Source: Selaginella moellendorffii (lineage: Eukaryota; Plantae; Lycopodiophyta). From it: a stretch of DNA of 64,000 bases. Position 1 is the stretch's first letter. Every line of letters begins with the position of its first letter. Positions 60,035 to 64,000 of the stretch are shown piece by piece. The notes under the pieces were generated by a model. The model saw only the letters and a program-made list of their open reading frames with translations. It ran no database searches and was not told the origin of the DNA. The position numbers and the translations under genes are program-made. The stretch spans positions 684,165 to 748,164 of the forward strand of contig NW_003314263.1 of assembly GCF_000143415.4 (NCBI RefSeq), read 5' to 3'.

Positions 60035-60730
60035 TCATTGTTTTTTTAGATCTTATTAAAGAAGTAAGAAAAATAATTATTGCTCCGTGTTTTTGAATAA
60101 ATATGACAATATCATTTTTAAATGCACAACCAAATAGTAGATGGAATATCTTTCCTGATTTTAGTATAATATATAAAGGCTTTGATTTACAAGTAGAATT
60201 TACAAATATGATGGTTGGTTTTGTTATGGATGCTTTTTGTAAAATTTGGATCCACAGAATATATCAATGGACAATTTACCAAATCATATCAGTTTGATTC
60301 AGATTATATTTTTCCACATAAAGTAAAACGTACTCACAACCACATAAAAACGATTTCAATATTTATAAGGTCTGCATAAGAAATGGACCACACCATTTTT
60401 GTCTTTTCTACATTATCAAATGGGAACTTTCTGCAATCTCTAAATGGAATATTCACGCTTTACATGCAACTGGATTGCAATCTAGTTTTATATACAAAGA
60501 GTGTAATTGTTTGGAGCACTCACACAAATAGCAAAGGCAATGGATGCTTTCTAAGGTTGCAAAAAGATGGAAATATGGTAATCTATGATGAAAATTACAC
60601 GGTTGTTTGGTCATACAGCATTTACTGGAAAGACAAATGGATTACTAGCGCATTATGTGTTAATAACTCTGGACGTGTTATAGTATGCAACACTGTAGAG
60701 CAAACTTGTATATGCCCATCACGAAGATGA
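60035..60730 (+). pseudogene. Bulb-type lectin chimera, third copy; lectin domain open at 60383-60730
   Basis: Two QxDxNxVxY mannose-binding motifs (QLDCNLVLY, QKDGNMVIY); upstream domain frameshifted. Confidence 0.72.
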
Positions 60731-60748
60731 GAATTTAAAATCTAGCAT

Positions 60749-61235
60749 TCACTCTACACAAATATGAGACAAACGGACATAAGTTGATGCTCCAGAAGCT
60801 CTTGCGATGGCGCCAAACCGATTATTGCCATGAGTTTTACAAGCCCCAAGCAGCGTCATGTAGGCAATGGAGCCCGGCTCGATTGGCATGCTATCGATCA
60901 CCTCTTGGGCCTCATCAAGCCGGCCAGTTCACCCAAGCAAATCGATCACACACATGAAATGCTCCAAGTTTGGAGCTATGTGATGATCGAGCACAAGAGG
61001 CTGGAAACTATGCTTACCACTCTCAAAGAGCCGGGCGTGGCTACATGCAGAGAGAACACTGACAATTGTAACTTCGTCCGGATCAAGCCCCTCGTGCTTC
61101 ATCCTCCAGAAGAAATCAAAAGTTTCATCAAAATGACCGTTGTTTGCATATACCGAGATGATTCCATTCCATGAAACCATGTCCTGCCCTGTCGTTGCCT
61201 CAGAAGCCAACCTTGCCCCTCCAAGGTATCCACAC
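60749..61235 (-). pseudogene. Inverted 3' fragment of the PPR gene, second copy
   Basis: Duplicate of 47946-48431. Confidence 0.88.
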
Positions 61236-61684
61236 TAAGCATTTGGTGTTGAGTAGAAAACTAAGCTGGGAGAAGAATCTAAATGGAAACAATGAATTTC
61301 TCTCTTGAGACTTCCTGAAAATTAGTGGTGCCCAAGTGCTAGTGAAAAAATCAAAGTAGAAAGATTCAAGGAAAGGGAGAAATCCTTGTCCAAACGCCAA
61401 ATTCATACTCAAGATTGAGAAATTGTGCTTGCATAATGTCTGTCAAAGCTACCTGATTCAATTGTGAATTCTGGATGTCTAGTGTGAATGAAAGTGTGAT
61501 GGTTCACCTCAGTGCTTGGAGAGTTCTTCAATTCGAACATCAAATCAGAACTGAATCTATCTCCCCAGAACAAAAAATTGATCATTAATGTGTTAGCAAT
61601 CTAAGTTTTTAAACTGACAAAGGACAGCATTCGAAGAAACATCCCAAGAAAATATTTTAGAACCCTAAAACGCATCATGGTTCT

Positions 61685-64000
61685 ATGCGCGTAAATGCTG
61701 CGGCGGCACTACTCCGAAAATGCCGATCTCCCACGGAGGCGCGGATTCTCCACTCGCAGATCGCCAGGGCGGGCCTGGATCGCAACACATTCGTCGCGAA
61801 TCTTGTCATTCACATGTACAGCGTCTGCGGCAGCCTGCGGGATGCCGAGAACGTCTTCCACAGCGGCGCAGCCCGCCGCAACGTCTACTCGTGGACGATC
61901 TTGCTGCGAGCATTTGCCCAGACAGAGGATCTTGCCAGAGCCAGGGACGTTTTCACGCGAATGGCTCATCGCGATGTGGTCTCCTGGAATGCGCTGATTT
62001 CCGGGTGCGCAGGCGCTGGGAATCTCTCGCGGTCGCAGGAGCTCTTCGATTCCATCCCGGAGAGAGATCTTGTGTCCTGGAACACGATCATCGCGGCGTA
62101 TGCCCAGAATGGGCATTGCAGAGAGGCGCTGGGATTTTTCCGGGGCTTGGATCTCGAGGGCGTGGCGCCGGATTCCATCAGCTTCGTGAGCGTTCTCGAT
62201 GCCATTGCCGGGATCGAAGGGCTGGATAGAGATCTGGCAAGGGCGATTGCCATGGAAGCAATCTGGCTGGGAATTCATACCCAGATCGCTGTCGGGGCGG
62301 CGCTCGTTGTGGTTTATGGAAAGATTGGCGAGGCCGAGAGCGCGGAGCATTTCTTTGATCGGATCATTGGCAGGAATGCGATATGCTGGAACGCCATGCT
62401 GTCCGCGTATGCCCAATCAGGGAATCTTTGCAAAGCGCGAGAGTTCTTCGACCGAATGCCTTGCGTTGATGTGATCTCCTGGACGACGATAATTGATGCC
62501 ACATCTCGCCATGAACGGCTCCAGGAGGGAAAGGATCTCTTTGATTGCATGAAACAAAGAGATTTGGCTGTCTGGAACGCTCTACTTTCGGCATTTGCCC
62601 AAAAGGGGCATGTTTTGGAGTCTATAGATTTGTATGAAAGGCTCCCAGCCCACGATCTTCGTTCAAGAACATCACTGCTCATAGCTTATGCTTCGAAAGG
62701 TGACATGGTTTCGTTGCTTGAGATATTTCATCAAACAAGCCACAAGGACGTCACTCTCTGGAACGCGATGATCACAGCACTTGCCCTGCTTGGGCATCTG
62801 CTAGAAGCTCTAGACCTTTTCGATTCAATGGACGTTCTCAAGAACAAACTCACGTACATCATCGCCATCGACGCCTGCGGCAGCCTTGGCGATCCTGATC
62901 GATGCGAGAGGATCTTCCACTTGAGCCAAGCCTGCGGATCCTTGCGTAGCAATCACGGAGTATCGTGCTCCTTGATCAAGATGTTTGGCAGATCCGGTGC
63001 GGTGGAGAGGGCCGAGCTCGTCTTCGAGCAGAAGAAGCGGCGGAGAGAGCTCTGGAACGCCATGATCGCGACGTATGCTCACAATGGATGCCTCGACGAA
63101 GCGATGCTCCTTTTCAAGACAATGCCCCGGAGAGATCTTTCCTCGTGGAGCATCGTCGCTAGAGCTCAAGCCCAGCAGGGACACTTCGATCAAGCACTGT
63201 TCTTGCTCGAGATCTCGCCAGAGATCACTATCGCGGCATGCAACGCGCTGATCACCGCGTATCTCCAGAGAGGCCACCTCGCTAGCGCGAGGCGGGTATT
63301 CGATCGGATGGAGCAGCGAGACACGAGTTCGTGGAGCTCGATCATCGCGGCCTATGCCCAGCTCGGTCACTGCGAGGAATCACTCGCGCTGTTCTGGCAG
63401 ATCGACACAACACCCGACCGCGCGACGTTCCTCGCAGCTCTCGATGCGTGCTCGGGCCTCTCGAGCCTCTCCCACTGCCGCCAAGTTCACGCAGCGGCGG
63501 ATCACACTGGCTGGATCTCCGATCTCGCCGTGGCGACTTCACTGGTGGCGAGCTATGGAAAATGCAAGGGAGTGGAGGAATCCAAGGCAGTGTTTGATCG
63601 CATCGAGCACCCATCCACTGTCTCGTGGAACTCTTTGCTAAGATCATATGCGCAAAACGGGCATCTCGCCAAGGCCGCGAGTTTCCTCGAGGAAACCATT
63701 CCTTCTCCAGACGTGGTCTCGTTTAACACGCTCGCGGCGGCTTATATCCAGCACGGGAGAGTGAACGAGGCTCTGGAGATTCTCACGAAAAGGATGCCCT
63801 GCTGGGACAGCTTCTCGCACAAAACAGCTATGGTGGCGCATGCCCAAGCCGGGCATATCCACAAAGCAAAGGAAATATTTGAGAAAATGGAGGAGCCAAG
63901 CACGGTCTCGTGGAACACCTTGATTTGTATCTTCGTCCAAGCCGGGGAATGCGAGAGTGCTGCTCGGCTCTTTCACCAAATGGATCTGGAAGGCACCCAG
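61685..64000 (+). CDS. PLS-class PPR protein, duplicate of 48893-51862, runs off the window
   Basis: ATG at 61685; collinear with the first copy, no indel or stop noticed. Confidence 0.88.
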   Translation, partial: MRVNAAAALLRKCRSPTEARILHSQIARAGLDRNTFVANLVIHMYSVCGSLRDAENVFHSGAARRNVYSWTILLRAFAQTEDLARARDVFTRMAHRDVVSWNALISGCAGAGNLSRSQELFDSIPERDLVSWNTIIAAYAQNGHCREALGFFRGLDLEGVAPDSISFVSVLDAIAGIEGLDRDLARAIAMEAIWLGIHTQIAVGAALVVVYGKIGEAESAEHFFDRIIGRNAICWNAMLSAYAQSGNLCKAREFFDRMPCVDVISWTTIIDATSRHERLQEGKDLFDCMKQRDLAVWNALLSAFAQKGHVLESIDLYERLPAHDLRSRTSLLIAYASKGDMVSLLEIFHQTSHKDVTLWNAMITALALLGHLLEALDLFDSMDVLKNKLTYIIAIDACGSLGDPDRCERIFHLSQACGSLRSNHGVSCSLIKMFGRSGAVERAELVFEQKKRRRELWNAMIATYAHNGCLDEAMLLFKTMPRRDLSSWSIVARAQAQQGHFDQALFLLEISPEITIAACNALITAYLQRGHLASARRVFDRMEQRDTSSWSSIIAAYAQLGHCEESLALFWQIDTTPDRATFLAALDACSGLSSLSHCRQVHAAADHTGWISDLAVATSLVASYGKCKGVEESKAVFDRIEHPSTVSWNSLLRSYAQNGHLAKAASFLEETIPSPDVVSFNTLAAAYIQHGRVNEALEILTKRMPCWDSFSHKTAMVAHAQAGHIHKAKEIFEKMEEPSTVSWNTLICIFVQAGECESAARLFHQMDLEGTQ

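Overview
Plant genomic DNA. The very short 50-90 bp introns, tight gene spacing, PLS-class PPR genes and a fungal-type gypsy element suggest a non-seed plant such as the lycophyte Selaginella; this is an inference, not a database match. 1-14.6 kb is a nested LTR-retrotransposon block: a young non-coding LTR element with satellite-bearing LTRs sits inside a Ty3/gypsy element, which itself sits inside an older LTR of the first family. The gypsy element carries a -1 frameshift signal and an apparent self-priming site. 15-35 kb holds mostly ordinary genes: two tau GSTs flanking a CYP71-clan P450, an aspartic protease, histone H3, a PPR gene, a group-3 LEA gene and an S28 carboxypeptidase. 35-64 kb is a mosaic of tandem and inverted segmental duplications made of Spb1/FTSJ3 methyltransferase copies, decayed S-domain receptor kinases, decayed bulb-lectin genes and PPR genes. 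The main find is there: four intact three-exon genes (plus one fragment), missed by the ORF track, encoding secreted precursors with a signal peptide, a pro-region and 3-4 tandem ~20-aa CC-X6/7-C-X3-C modules. I do not recognise this cysteine-rich peptide family. All calls were read by eye; no searches were run.
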